Assembly (NCBI RefSeq): GCF_001949145.1
Contig: NW_019091359.1
Span: 400,021-464,020 of the forward strand
Direction: 5' to 3'
DNA from: Acanthaster planci
Lineage: Eukaryota
Length of the DNA: 64,000 nt
Part shown: positions 13,800-27,450 of the stretch, piece by piece
Numbering within the stretch: the stretch's first letter is position 1
Layout: each line of letters opens with the position of its first letter
Program-made: the position numbers and the translations under genes
The notes under the pieces: generated by a model
Seen by the model: only the letters and a program-made list of their open reading frames with translations
Told to the model about the DNA's origin: nothing
Databases searched by the model: none

Positions 13800-13970
13800 T
13801 GGGTACACAGCGCTCGGCGCAAGTGCAGTGACCCTCTCATCATCCTTACAATCAGTGAGCCCCATTAACTTTCCTTCTTTGGAAGAGTTAACGGATCCAC
13901 ACCTGGTGTATTCGTTCTTGGTTGGAAAGTTTCTTTTGCTGAGAGCTGCAGCCGCGATCAATAGACGCAT
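13800..13970 (-). pseudogene. Frameshifted THAP zinc-finger relic
   Basis: Joining frames of ORFs 13888-14073 and 13701-13970 gives RGCSS..NFPTK-ERIHQVWIR..GKL(W)..KDDERV-SLHL..YP, which follows the THAP order GC / FP / W / RVCSxHF. Confidence 0.5.
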
Positions 13971-14454
13971 CTGATTTTGACGGGCTGCCTTTTTTCCCCT
14001 GCTTTGCTAACCGAATTCTTGGGCGTACTTCACGTAATTCACGGGGCGCGTAAAACGCTTGCGGGCGCAACATACATGCAACTCATACACCAGGCGCAGA
14101 AAACTCGCTTAGGAAAGGCCTCTTTAAAGGGCCCATTCATTGCAGTTTTTAATGTATTTCTTGAAATGTTCGTTTTCGTTCCATTGAATCCGATTTTAAG
14201 TTTTTTTGTTTCGTTTTTTAAAGGCATTCGTATACCATTTTTATTTATATGCTAATTATAATTTACATAATCTATTAGCAAAAAGTGTGGTGTCAACCAA
14301 GGCCGAAGACTCAGTGTTAAAGCTTTGCAATAGACAGTGGCCAGAATTTAAGAACGTTTTCGTGAATTTTGTTGTCTTCAGTGATTGACAGTAGGCCAGT
14401 TATCAATGAACAGATTCTGGGTTCTCAATTTGAACAAAAAACGCCACAAATAAG

Positions 14455-14517
14455 CATTGTCTTCCTGCAATGAAATCACAGCAACATTGTCTTCCTGCAA
14501 TGAAATCACACCAACAT
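14455..14517 (+). repeat. 30-bp tandem duplication
   Basis: cattgtcttcctgcaatgaaatcacagcaa followed by cattgtcttcctgcaatgaaatcacaccaa (29/30). Confidence 0.92.
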
Positions 14518-15568
14518 CGCCATCGTTTGTCAGGGAAAAATCGGAAAGTTTAAAGGTTCCTAAAAAGTCCACTTTTTGCTGAGAAAAAAAAAGGAAAAAA
14601 AAGATGACATGTTGTTTTTCTTACATAGAAGAGGGAATTATTAAACAAAATATGTTCACCAGTAAAATTCACGTAATGGACTCTTTAATACGTTGCCACT
14701 GCCATGAATTCGTGAGAAAGATCACATTAAAAATTCGAGATGTCGAGAGAATGCAGGCGCGTTACTGAACTATATCGAAGATTAATAACACAATAATGAC
14801 CTTAGCTGGAACTGATCATTCTACCGTTGACCTTCCAGTCAAGGGCAAAAATAAAGTATTCAGCCACAAAACAGACAACAACCAAGGATCCCCTACTTCG
14901 ATCACCCAAGTTGTCAACTTCAGTCGAGGACAATCTAGAGACGAGATGGGCCTAATTTGATGGGTGGTTGAACACAGCCCAAACACGCGGTTCTAGCTAT
15001 TCTTAAACCAGTTGGCTTAAAGGGCCCGTGCAAATATGTTTAAAGCTACACCCTTGTATTCAATTTTACCTTATTTTCAGTTCTAATGTAGCCATTTTCA
15101 GGGTATTTTATTGCATTCTAGAGTTTATGCTAATGACTGGCACATTCATTCAGCGAAAGTGTGATTCCATTTGAGAGAGACTGTTTAGTGTTACAAGTGC
15201 TGGCACAAACATTCTGCCTGCATTTTTCCATCTTAAGTTTTCTTTAAGTTTGTTGGGGTACATGGCGATAAGCCACTGGGAAAAGTTTTCACATAGTGTC
15301 AGTGAGCAAATCTTAGGTTCTTAATTAGAACAGAAAATCTATGAAATAGAAAGTGTCAGAGTCCTCGTTTATCAATTAAAGCATGGACAATTTGAGACGT
15401 TTGAAAAACTCTTTAATAATAAGATTAACTGAATAGGATGTCAATTTTTTTCATAAATTTAAGACAAGTATGTGCGTTTGAAAGTAAAAACGTTGGCCAC
15501 TAGTTTGTATCTCATTGTGCTGGCTGATCGGCAATAGTCGACCGAATCATATTTTCCTGGAATTTTAA

Positions 15569-16093
15569 AGGGACCATATAATAGAAATATTTTACTAAAA
15601 TCCTCAAAATTACACCTTTGTGTTTCAATTAACCTTACATTTCAAGTTTTGTTTCACTTTTTCTCTGAATTTGTATTTTATACTAATATGAATTTACAGA
15701 TTTCTGAACAAAACTCTGAAGTAATCCGTGGCACTAAACATTGCATCGATTTGTGCGCAAAAAAATTGCTGGATTTATTTCATACATCGATATCAAAGAT
15801 TTTCGTCCCGCGAGATAATCCAGCGAACAACCTTTTCTCACAAATGTTTTCAAAGAGCAAATGTGGTATTCAAAGTGTGTACGTGAACACTGGCGAATTA
15901 AAAAGTGCCAAGTTCCTGGATGTCCATTAGATCAGTAGTACTCTCACTTGTCTGGAAAAGCTTGGTCAATTTTGAATGTTTCAAAACTGCTTTTTACAGT
16001 TGACTTATCTCCAAAAAGATTTCAAACAGTCTTCATACAGTGAGCCTGAACATGCACAAAATGATTCTGAATGAAATTGGTTGTATTGTTCCT
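15569..16093. mobile_element. TTAA-flanked MITE (Kolobok-like AG...CT termini)
   Basis: TTAA|agggaccatata at left and tgtattgttcct|TTAA at right; termini match at 9/12. Confidence 0.5.
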
Positions 16094-17699
16094 TTAATGC
16101 TCGAAATTAAGATCATTTATATTGTTTATGCACAAAGCATAGGTTTGCCAAAAGGTTTTTACATATACATATTTGGTGTGACAATATTGTTACGCTCAAA
16201 TATAGAACATGGGGTCAAATTTGCAGAGCCAGATTTCGTTTGCATAATTCATAGTAGTGGCAGTTTCATTGGTTCTATTTTGCATCAATTGCGTTCCGCG
16301 ATGTTGGTCATGGGAAAGCAGTTTCCTCTCGTATTCGTTTTATTCGATTTCACGAGGTGCAAGGAAATGCACCCTTATCCTGTCGTGTAACAAGTCTGTG
16401 GGAGGCCGTTGAAGGATAAATGCCAATGTTTCATGAAGTGAAGCAAACAACACAACATTTCTTGACATGGAAGTCAAAGCATTGTTTTCTGTATGTTAAT
16501 GTACCTGGCGCGCATGATCATCACCTGTCTTCCAAAAGAAGTTCAGAATGCGACAAAAGAATATTCAATTAGACAAACTCGATGAAGCGTTCACCGCGCA
16601 GAAAAATCATACAATGGACCAGATACGAACAGTCACAAAGTATTATTTCTGACTGATTTTTCATTACCTAGATTAATTAGTTGCCATTAATGGCGCCCAC
16701 TTCCTGCGGCTGTCGTGACGTTTTGTTGCAGAAAAGCCCTATAAAGCAAAGATGTTAATTTCTGGAAAATTTCTAGAAAATTCTCACACGAGAACAAGTC
16801 ATCGTCCGATAGTCCCTATAAAAACACCATAGTGCCAAATTATCCATCTGAACTTCACTAGCTTACTAACAAAGAGCCTAAGAGTTGATTTGAAAGTCCT
16901 CATCGAATGCAATTTTTATCTTCAAGATTTTTGTATGAGATTGTATTAATTTGTGAGCCCTGCTCCAAGGGAGTCAACGGCAGGGTGCTGCCAGAAGATA
17001 GTGTGATTTTTTACTATGTTTTATTGTAACATAAAACTGATAGCTAGAGCATGCCTCTTTTAGCAGTTTCTACTGAGCAAAGCTTTCACGACAAATCTCC
17101 GTGCTTCGTGAAATAACGGTATTTCCATTTCTGCTTTTGTGCTCGCGAGAGGGCGTCAGAAATTGATAGGTTGATGCTAGTTTTGTTTTTCTACATTTCC
17201 CCCTAAATTGAGGTTGCAATTTAGATAATGCCTAATGTACATGTATAGTATACCTACCGTATACCAAGTCTTTGTGGAATTTTTATTCCAATAACCAAAG
17301 ACTTTCACTCATTTAACTTTTGTGCCATGTCACCTGTACCATGTGACATTTAAATGTTTACTTCCACTTCTACCACATCAATTGTACCTTAATATGGGGT
17401 TAATACCTAACCCCTAACGGATCATTTAATTTAATTGATTTATTTATTTTTTGGGGTGGCATTTCTCTTTCCAGATTTTGCCTTACTGGTTCAACTGAAA
17501 TTTACTTTTCAAACTTTCATCAGGATATCCTCTACATATAAGAAGATAACAAGATGCATACTTAAACATAGCCATGATTAATGACACGCTTTGATATCAG
17601 AAAGATTGAAACAAGTGTACAAGCAAATCATGTAGGCGTATACGCGTTTAAATAACTGTTACTCTTCAAACGATTATGTCCGTTGAAAACTGTCATTAC

Positions 17700-18400
17700 C
17701 CCCATCAAACAGTGGAGTTTCACGGGCGTTCCAGGGCAAATCCCCCGATAACGAAATCGCCTTTTTCGCGGCCGATTCGTCGCTGACCATGTAATGAAAC
17801 CAGCGAAAAAAATTATCCTGGGCCAAGCCAGGACGGGATACAAACGGCAGGTTTGTTTCGTCATTCGCCACCACCCCCCTGGCTCCGTTACCCTCTTCAT
17901 AACTCGGGGTGCCAGGCTGTGTCGCCGTGCAGGCCCGTAACTTTCACGCGGTGTAAACACAGAGGCATGACCGCCGATGAAGTGCCCGTGGTAATAGGGA
18001 GCGAGTAAATGGCGCGTTGGCGGGAACTGTGACTTCCGTCCTTCGTTATTAACCAGACTTTGGAGAGGTTAGCAAGAACCGTATAGCATGAACTAGCCCA
18101 CGCTGCGAATATGAACTCCTGTATAAGTTAATTGTTTTCGCACATGGCCGTGGACTCTCTCAAAAGACTCTCTTTCCTTGACTCGAAAGACCGTGAACCC
18201 CGATGGGAAATCTCATGATGAGCTTTCGAACAGTTCCAGTCCACTCTCGCCTGTCATCACCCCGGTGCACCTTGCGGGCTTATCCCGGCGTGACCTAGGC
18301 TGCTGTAGAGAGCCCGGCGCGGTGCTAGCTTTTCCTCCCCGCTCGGCTTAGCCCGGCCCCCGGAGCTAGCACCGCGTGGCGGGAAGTATGTTTTTCTTCT
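17700..18400. promoter_or_regulatory. GC/CpG-rich non-coding block, candidate cis-regulatory module
   Basis: CpG-dense with no credible ORF; contains the 18318-18376 hairpin. Function is inferred. Confidence 0.3.
18318..18376. repeat. Perfect 13-bp inverted repeat with 33-nt spacer
   Basis: cgcggtgctagct (18318-18330) and agctagcaccgcg (18364-18376). Confidence 0.85.
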
Positions 18401-21400
18401 CACGAGACGTGTCCGTATTTATACACAAGGATGGTATCAACGGATGCCTGACATGCTGCAGCGTGTTATTCTAGACACACTACACGAAGTTTGTTACCAA
18501 AATTGTTTTTACAGGGAGGAGTGATTGTATACTCTTAACTGACACAGTTCAGCGTTTTTCTTTTCCTTCGACAGTCTTGTGGGACCATGTTCAGATTCCA
18601 TTAGAAGCTAAATTGGTATTTCAATCAAATTAAACAACAAATCATCACGAATGAAGCCTGCGCTGCATTTCAGGTAACTTGATAACCTAATGAGCGTCGA
18701 AAAGTCAAGAGTTTTTGAAACTGTTTATGTTTATTATTTATCAGGAGGTTGGTTCTCACATTAGCCAAACTATCGTGGTTCGGGAAATTACCAGTTGTTA
18801 AACAAATTGATCGTAAATCAGTCCGTTTTCCAATCAAACTAGGCAGGTGTAAGGTGCGATACATCGGCCCTGTTGGACTGGAAACCTCTCGACCTAGGCG
18901 ATGTGAAGGACAAGCCCTTTTTGATGATGATGATTTGTGTCATGTTGTTTTTCAGCCACCGTGAGATTAATTCCCGCCACTGTCCCTCGATGGACCAATC
19001 AGATTTCCTCCTAATGAGGGCATGTTGCCCTTTCTCAGTGGACTTCCAGTCTCTGCTGTATAAGGGAGATATATCAAATACGAAGGAGGTGCCTATCTGA
19101 CTGTGAACTTCAGAGGGCAATGAATACCCTCTAGATTATCTAAACGTGTCATAATTTTGGGAGAAAAAACACAAATGCCGGTAATCAAACCAGTCCTGTT
19201 AAAAATAACAAAGAACAATGGCCTTACCCACACTTCCGCGTATCTACTGTGACATAGAAGGCGCGTCGCCAGTCTCTGAGCATGTCAGAAAATAACTGCG
19301 AAACACTTCATGTTTTGACCGTGAAGTCATGCCGATTATTTCACTTCTTCGGGTTTGTCCTGGGCCACTTATTGGTCACATTTTTACATCTTGCGGGACA
19401 ACTGACCTCGGCAATGAGAAGAAACACGTTGGTCAGGCTTCCTCAGTTTTCTGGTAGAATTCTAGCAAATGAATCATTGTTTTGAGTTGGTGTCAACTGG
19501 AAATGACGTCATAAAATATATGTCCAACGTTCTCTGTGGAAGTCGTCTCGTGCAGTGGTGACATCTGCCGGCCTTACATTTTCTCACCCTCCGAGGGAGC
19601 CCTTTCGATCTTGTAAACTCATTTCTATGTCTTTTCTTCGTGTGCGCGGAGTTCAATTGACACGAGGCCATCATTCTCAAACCCAGTTTTACCTTTTGTG
19701 ATTTATCCCTCTCTACCCTCGTTCCCGTTTTTAGTGATGTAAATCTACCTCTGGGGACGCATCGCAAGTTTGCCCCTGTTCGGTTGGGTTAAAGGCGCGA
19801 CATAGCATTGAACAGCAATGGTACCCTTCTCGTGGTAGATGGTTGGAAGCCATTCTTCCGGTAGCTCGACATAAACTTTCCCCATCCCCATGGGACCTAA
19901 CGCTGATCTCCAATAAAGAAAGGCGTTCAGGTGTTTTTAAATTCAAGTGTAACTTAAACCCTTTTGATTCACAACAGAAAAAGCAAAACTGAGGTGTCTT
20001 TGCTCGAAAAAAATTCTTTACATCTTTGAGATTCAGTACCTTGCCCTAATTGGTATTTCATATCACCCCTAGACATTTCCCCTGTTAGTTTGGATCCCCC
20101 GCCCTAGTTAGCCGAGGGTAAAGGTCAACAGTTTGGCCAAATAAAAAGTTGGAGCATGCAAATCATTTCTCCAACGCCCTTCCTACGCTCGGTTTCTGGT
20201 TTCCTCAGACTACGGGTAGTCTAGATGGGTTCGTTTCAAATACATGTACTACTTAGGGGCCTAATCTGACCGCTGAGCTTGCATGGCAGTAATGTGCCGA
20301 AATTCTCGAAGCGATCGACTGCGTGCAACTTGATACACAGGTCCATTTATGAAACGATTCCAATGAAATATTGCCCCAGAGAACCGCTGGGTTTCCCTCT
20401 GTTCTGTTCTGCGCAGAAGCTCTGCGAGTCACAAAGGGGCTCAGAAGGCGTCGACCGCGACATGGGCCGATCGATGACGGGAGCGGCAGGGGCATCACCA
20501 CAGGTGTAGCGCGCTGCCAATTTACGATAGGTTGCCGGTGCGCGGGGCACGGTTACGACCCCTCGGTGGCTTCTTTCCTATTTTTTCTATTTTCGTTGGA
20601 GCGTCTTTGGGGTGTCGTAAATCATCCAGATACAGGAAACAAGAACACGAAATCACTGCTATCATGTACAGAACTAAATAGGCCTACGGAGCCCGTTTGA
20701 CGTGGAGGGCGATACCCCCTCAGTGTTATATTTTTCAGTTTACTCGCTGTCCCGGGAACATCCTGACGGATAATGCACTCACGCACAAGTTTTCAGAGCA
20801 ATTTCTGTCTGAAAACAGAAAAGTGGCATGAATCGCCCACATTTCCTAAAGTTGGATTGAGCTCCTTTTACAAACTGTCGGAAAGGTTTAGCTATTATAT
20901 TTTTAGAACTCGAATTCATCCTGGTCAACGGTTTAAGTAATGTGATAACACGAGCCGCCTTTTCTTGTCTTTTCTGTTCATTTTGTTTTTGTTTGTTTGT
21001 TGGGGTATTTGTTTGTTTGGTGTGATTCTGGTTTTTTTTGGGGGGGGAGGGTCGGCTTTGGGGGTGGAAATTGTGTTTTGTTAGTATATTATCTTGTTTG
21101 TTTCTGATTTTGTTTTTCCAAAAAGGCTGTCTTGGCTGTCGGGAGGCCTTATGATTGGCGTCTTGGATAGCCTCTGCTGTCTCGTACGCGAGGAGAATCG
21201 GTGTCCTGCATCCGAGTGATTGATAACGGATGTGTTTATTAGGTCCCAATCGTGCTCCTGACCTGGAATATATTTCTGTTCAATTCCATATTTGGATCAT
21301 GCCATCATGTTTCATTAAGCTCTGTCAGCGGATCCGTTTGGGATTTCTTTTTACTCGAGCAGAGGTTAAGAAAAAAGAATGCATGAAATTTGGCCTCTGG

Positions 21401-21761
21401 TGGTTATGAACAGAATGGGGTTTCAGCTACAGAGCAGGCCCTTTGAATGTCTGGTCTAGAAAAAATGTATTGGTACAGCGAACGTGAACTTGTTCGTCGG
21501 TGAAATTGATGAACATGTTACCGTTCGACGCTCGAAGTGGCGGTGGAAGGCGATATTTTCAGGGTCACCAGGCGCCCCGGAATGCGGTCGACACGCTGAC
21601 TACGACCAACGTGGGACTCGTCGTATGCGGGGAAAGGGAAGCCGACACTACGGCCGGGCGGGAAGATGTGAAATCCACGGCATGAAAAAAAATGCAATGT
21701 GTCAGGGTTTCCACCTGGCGTGACCGAGGGTGAGGAACGTTCGTGACATAGGAGTTTTTCT

Positions 21762-21793
<32 letters not shown>

Positions 21794-22500
21794 CCTGGGT
21801 GNNNNNNNNNNNNNNNNNNNNNNNNNNNNNNNNNNNNNNNNNNNNNNNNNNNNNNNNNNNNNNNNNNNNNNNNNNNNNNNNNNNNNNNNNNNNNNNNNNN
21901 NNNNNNNNNNNNNNNNNNNNNNNNNNNNNNNNNNNNNNNNNNNNNNNNNNNNNNNNNNNNNNNNNNNNNNNNNNNNNNNNNNNNNNNNNNNNNNNNNNNN
22001 NNNNNNNNNNNNNNNNNNNNNNNNNNNNNNNNNNNNNNNNNNNNNNNNNNNNNNNNNNNNNNNNNNNNNNNNNNNNNNNNNNNNNNNNNNNNNNNNNNNN
22101 NNNNNNNNNNNNNNNNNNNNNNNNNNNNNNNNNNNNNNNNNNNNNNNNNNNNNNNNNNNNNNNNNNNNNNNNNNNNNNNNNNNNNNNNNNNNNNNNNNNN
22201 NNNNNNNNNNNNNNNNNNNNNNNNNNNNNNNNNNNNNNNNNNNNNNNNNNNNNNNNNNNNNNNNNNNNNNNNNNNNNNNNNNNNNNNNNNNNNNNNNNNN
22301 NNNNNNNNNNNNNNNNNNNNNNNNNNNNNNNNNNNNNNNNNNNNNNNNNNNNNNNNNNNNNNNNNNNNNNNNNNNNNNNNNNNNNNNNNNNNNNNNNNNN
22401 NNNNNNNNNNNNNNNNNNNNNNNNNNNNNNNNNNNNNNNNNNNNNNNNNNNNNNNNNGGGGGGGGGGGGGGGGGTGGTGGTGGTGGGGCTCCCCTGGGTG
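21762..22500. other. Poly-G tracts flanking a 656-N assembly gap (21802-22457)
   Basis: G28 at 21762-21789 followed by cccccctgggtg; after the gap, poly-G/GGT followed by ctcccctgggtg. Confidence 0.9.
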
Positions 22501-24479
22501 TGTAGATATCTGTGTCGGATCATAGGATTGCACACAGATGCAGTCTCCACCCTGGTGACATCCCAAAAAGTCAGCGTCCTAATCTGGTGGCTTACAACAA
22601 AAATGGTGTCTGACGTTTGCCGGTTGAGTTCAAAATGAAACATGATTAGGGATCACAGGTGAATCTTTAGAGAGTGCAAAACGCATGCATGCAAATGTAA
22701 CGGTGCATATCTTGAAAGGATTCAAAGTGTACTGGTAGTCATCTGTAGAGACGATGTTCTGCCTGATACCGGGAAGCCTTCGTAAGTCCCATTACTGTTG
22801 CAGATTTCATATTTTTCCCCGTGTATAATCACTGCGTCTACTATCTCCACCAGCCGTTCTTTTTTTCTTTTATCAGGGCTTCGTTTGGGCAGGTGTGTCT
22901 GTGAGAAATAGGTTCAAGCAAAATCTAGCGATTTCCATAGGGGTACGTCACACACCGTACTCGCTATACTGCAAACCTTAAAGGGTAGGTACAAGTTAAA
23001 ACACATCTTCGGAATGCACCTCTGTGTCTCGGTTAACCTTAAGTTCAACCTTTTTATGCTAATTAGTATTTCCATATTCGTGAGCAAAACTGTGTGTCGT
23101 CCCAGGGAGAAAGCCTCGATGTTACCCCGGTTTGTATACAAACATGTAATGCATTTTTGTTGATTTAGCTGGACTAAATGTCACCGTCTTCGCTGATTTC
23201 TTGTTGATTATGTGCATAGCTATAAGAAAGCATTAATCTCTTTCTCAGAAATGCTTTCAGTCAGTAAATTCTAGGTTCACAACTTGAACAGAAAACCTTA
23301 TGTCCTGAACCATATCTTCGCTAAATGACATCAAGGCAACAGCGCCCTCATTCATCCAGGAAAGTATGGACAGTTTTAAAATTTTTAAAAAGGGCACTTT
23401 TCATTGTATTTAACCAAATATGATTGAAAACGAGTTTTCACGCGCTAAAAAAGAGCACAAAGATGAAGAAAAAATGCATCTAAGAAAAATTTATTGCAGC
23501 TACACTTCAAGCCATAACTTGAAAATCCCAACTGATTGATTCTTTCTACCTGTAGCCACCATGTTTCCTCTGTATTCTGGCCATGCCACGCAGTCACCTT
23601 TATCTAATGTTCTCCATTCGATTCGTCTGTTGTATGAAAACACTTATCCCGCTCATAAATTTGAAAAGATAATTAAGGATCTATTCATATTTAAACTAAC
23701 CCCAAACCAACTGAGACCCACTCTCTCTCCAGAAAAATGACTCTGGTGCTACCGGTTCCTCCCCGCATTTGGATCCTTGTTGCACCACTTTGCTAGTTCA
23801 CCGGATCGTACCGGAAAAAATGAAACGCAAATATAAAACAGAAAAATATCTACGTTGCAGAAATGTTCGACGTAGAACAAGGAACATAGCAGCACGTAAT
23901 ATGGTTGCATTCCCATAGGGGACAACATTATTAACAAGAAAATACGACTTTCGTTACTCTTGCTCGGAGTTTTGAACGTAGAAACCTGTAAGTAAACATG
24001 TGAACACATTTCAAATAGTTACAGCCAATCATTTTTTTTAAAGTTTTGTTTTCAATAAAAAAATTGCAGTATACAGAGCCGACGTATGTCGTATTTCTTT
24101 TTTGTTATCTGAACTCCGTCAACTACACGTACATAATTACGACCTGAACGAATTCAGTCAGCTGGCATCATTTATGTTAAAACGTATAGATATAACCTAT
24201 TTTAGTCCACCCATCATGCAGATCGGAGCATCGTGGAGAGGCCCTATTACCTTTATTTGTTCGTTCCATTAACCTAGTTTCGGGGTAGATCGTGCCTTTC
24301 TTCGTGGAATACAACTCTTCTTTTTTTTCTCGGGCGGTCAACAATTACATATTCAGTGTTTGTTTCCCTGTATCGAGGCACACTATACATCAAACCTTCT
24401 TCCTTTTTTCTCTTCTCAAGACGTCCCCTCAAGAAACCTGCCAGGCTTGAAATCTAACAAGGGGAGATGTTGACACAAG

Positions 24480-25400
24480 GGAATCGGTACCTTAGTCACA
24501 TCGCAGCGACACTACTTGGTTGAGAAGGGGGGCCAAATGGACGCATAGCTCCCTGGATGACTCGGCCAAGCGCACGGAAGGAGTGAGATCTCTCCTTCCT
24601 CCCTCCGTCCCGGAAGCTAATGTGTTTTTCTACTGAGTGGCTGCTCTCATAAGGCGATCACTCATCGGGGGAGGTTGCTGAAGAGTTACAGTCGGGTTGG
24701 TATTCCATCTTGCCCATCTTTGTGTGCTGAGAAGCGTGTCATTGCCTTTCCTCCTCCCACTTGACCATCCGTGAATGCTGTATACATAACGGACAAATCC
24801 AAATAGGGAATGACCAAGTTGACTTGGGTACATGTGATAGATTGGGAGGGTATCTTGACTTGTGGGATGGCTAGCTATCCGTGAATACACACACTCGGGT
24901 GGTTGAGAGGAGGGGGGCATCTCGGGGACAGGGAAAGACGAAGATGAAAACTCGCCGCAAAAGTTGTCGGCCAATTTGCTGTGCTCACGGAAATGCCTTC
25001 CACGCGCGGTCCGGCGCGACAGGGGCCGGCGGGTGGGCAAGGGGGCCCCCGGCGCTCGCCTTGCCTGCTTGGGTGTGCAGGATCACGCTGGCATGGATCA
25101 CTCGAGCGGGGATGTGAGGGGTCTCTCAGCGACCGGCCGCCAAGTTGTAGCGTGGATAACGCGATCTCCCTCGAGTGTCTCTCGAAAATATTGACTCGGC
25201 CACAAGCCCCCTCCAGGGTTATTAAGACGGACCCAATTTGGGCGCGTGCACAAATACTTGTGCCGGCTGAGCGAACGGGTAGACGGGGCGCTTCGGCACG
25301 TCCTCCCCCGTCCCGAGGAGATGAGCGGTTTGGATTGCCGCTTGTACGGGCGAGCACGAGTGCCTGGGTCTCGCTTCTCACATCTCGCTAAAAGGCAGCG
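24480..25400. promoter_or_regulatory. Largest GC/CpG-rich island, candidate enhancer or promoter
   Basis: Very GC-rich core at about 24990-25360. Overlapping ORFs on both strands show no domain similarity, as expected for high-GC non-coding DNA. Confidence 0.35.
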
Positions 25401-27169
25401 GGGTTTTTCAAGTTGAGAGTGACTGAGTGAGAGGTAGACATGTCCTGGAGTCTTTGGTGATGTTTTCACAGAAGGTATCTCAGCCATTAACCCTTGATTT
25501 GGTCTACGTGATGCTGTGCACTAGCCCACCCCCATGTAAGGCTGTGACCTTTCATGCCCTCTAAGCTTTTTTTTCATCACTCTCTGAAAAAAATCTATAT
25601 CTTTATATATATTCAATATATAAAAGTTTTCATTTAAAAAAAAGGTTTTTTTTTCTTTTTTTGTCCTGGTGTCTTTCCCTTTACAGTTTTGCCGTAATGT
25701 CGGAAATCTTTTTCTGAGGGTGTTCTTACTTTTTTCAGCACGAGTGGTTTTTATTTCTTTTTAAATTTTCGTTTGGTAACTAAACAGTTAAGCAAATATT
25801 CACCCTTGATTGTTGTTCGTTTGCTGAAGTTACATTATTTAACGAGCTCTGTCAAAGTTTCATCTCACATAACTACTGTGAAAGAAATGTGGCTAATCTG
25901 TATCAACCAACGGTAGATGGTTTGGTAGATGGTTTGGTGTGTGTTTCATAATTCTAACCCGGTTCATGTATTCATTGCATTGCTTCTGTTTAAAGTTGAC
26001 TCTGGTATGGTGTTTCACCATGCCTGAACCAAAAAATACAGGCAGGCTTTTTGCACACGCTGCGCCTACGCCTTTAAACGAGTAAGAGTGCAGGTAAAAA
26101 AGAAGATTAGAACCAAATTCAACTCAAATTTTAAGAAATTGCAAAAGTATCTGTTCTTTTATCATCACTTTTAAAGTTCCAAGATGTCCTACGGAAAATG
26201 AAATGTAATGTTTATATTTTAGGTCTTCAATGTCTGTGCGTTTTTGTTCCAATACTTCAGAAATTTGGCCATAGTCGCACTGCAGTCAAGTAACAAGTAC
26301 TAAGTCGTTATTAATACGCATAAATCCATCTCCGTCCACGCCCTTCCTACTCCAAGGTAGCGTGGAGCCACTTTGGCTTCGCCGCCGAACCCAGCGACAC
26401 CAGACACTGCCCTCGGGCCAAGTTCACCCACCATACGGATGGTGTTCAACCGTCCAACTAGACTAAATATCCCCCGCCATCTCGCCCCCTGGCGACACGG
26501 CTATCATCGGCGGTCCAAAGCGCCCAACGACCCGAAATGGAATTCAACAAACCATCAGGGTAATTTCCATCCCCTGTCCAACGCCAGTCTTTCTTCGGTG
26601 TTCCGAGGGACGAGGGGGTATTTCGCCCTAGGGGCGGGGGACGTGCAACGTGTCACCCCGGCTACTACATGATACAGGCCAGGTGATTCTTAACTTAAGA
26701 GGGCCCTTGCTATTGTAGTCGTATTCTGCCTGAGGTTCATTTTGCCGAGGAGATAAAAGAAAGAAAATTCTAACAAACGGAGCGTAAGCGATTGGTTTTT
26801 AAATATAATACCCTCCTATTACTGTAACTAATTGTCATTGAGTGGGATTACCTTAGCTTCTGTTGGTTAGAGTACTGTTGCCATACGTAGCCGTGGGCTA
26901 AAGATGTCAAACAACCTAACAACACGTCTTGGAGAGAAATCACGAGTATTCGCCGAATTCAGTTTAGTTTCTATAGTTATGTGTAAGAATATCTAGCTTT
27001 CGCCGTTAGTTGCAAATTATGATAGGTATATCGGAAAATAAGCAAAGTGATGTAAGACCTTTCATGTTTTAGTCGTTACCGTTGGAACATTAAAAATATT
27101 TTTGTCAAGGATGGATTTCGCCCACAAATTGCAATTCAGTTGCCATACGCACTCCCATCAAGTTGACAA

Positions 27170-27450
27170 AAGTTACACAAATGGAGGCCTACATGAAATG
27201 CCATAACGCCTCCGCTATGGGCCAACCAGCCACAAGGAACATTCAACATTTCAATCAACCAACTTCTGGTGTTTTTAGATCAGCCACGATGTATTCCTTC
27301 AACATGCTTGTGGTGGTTGTCACAAAGAACATCAATCGTCATACTCGAGTATAGTCCACGTTCCAAGCTTCCCCATGATTGTTACTGACAAATGATCGAG
27401 AGAAAACTGTTTTTGCCTCGCGTTTGCCAAAAACTGTCTTTTCACTTTAT
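27170..27450 (-). pseudogene. Possible hAT-associated TTF-type zinc-finger relic
   Basis: Frameshifted minus-strand remnants KRQF..QSW..W(TI)LEYD..MF..FLVAGW..AL..H resemble the N-terminal zinc finger of hAT/ZNF862-like transposases. By eye only. Confidence 0.3.

Noticed and set aside
20779..21249. 156-aa Q/K/N-rich ORF on the minus strand
   Set aside because: It results from a degenerate (TTTG)n low-complexity tract.
21565..22643. Three ORFs of 302-333 aa
   Set aside because: They run through the N gap and poly-G tracts, so they are artefacts.
24630..25487. Overlapping ORFs of up to 168 aa on both strands
   Set aside because: R/G/P/A-rich with no domain similarity; explained by high GC content.
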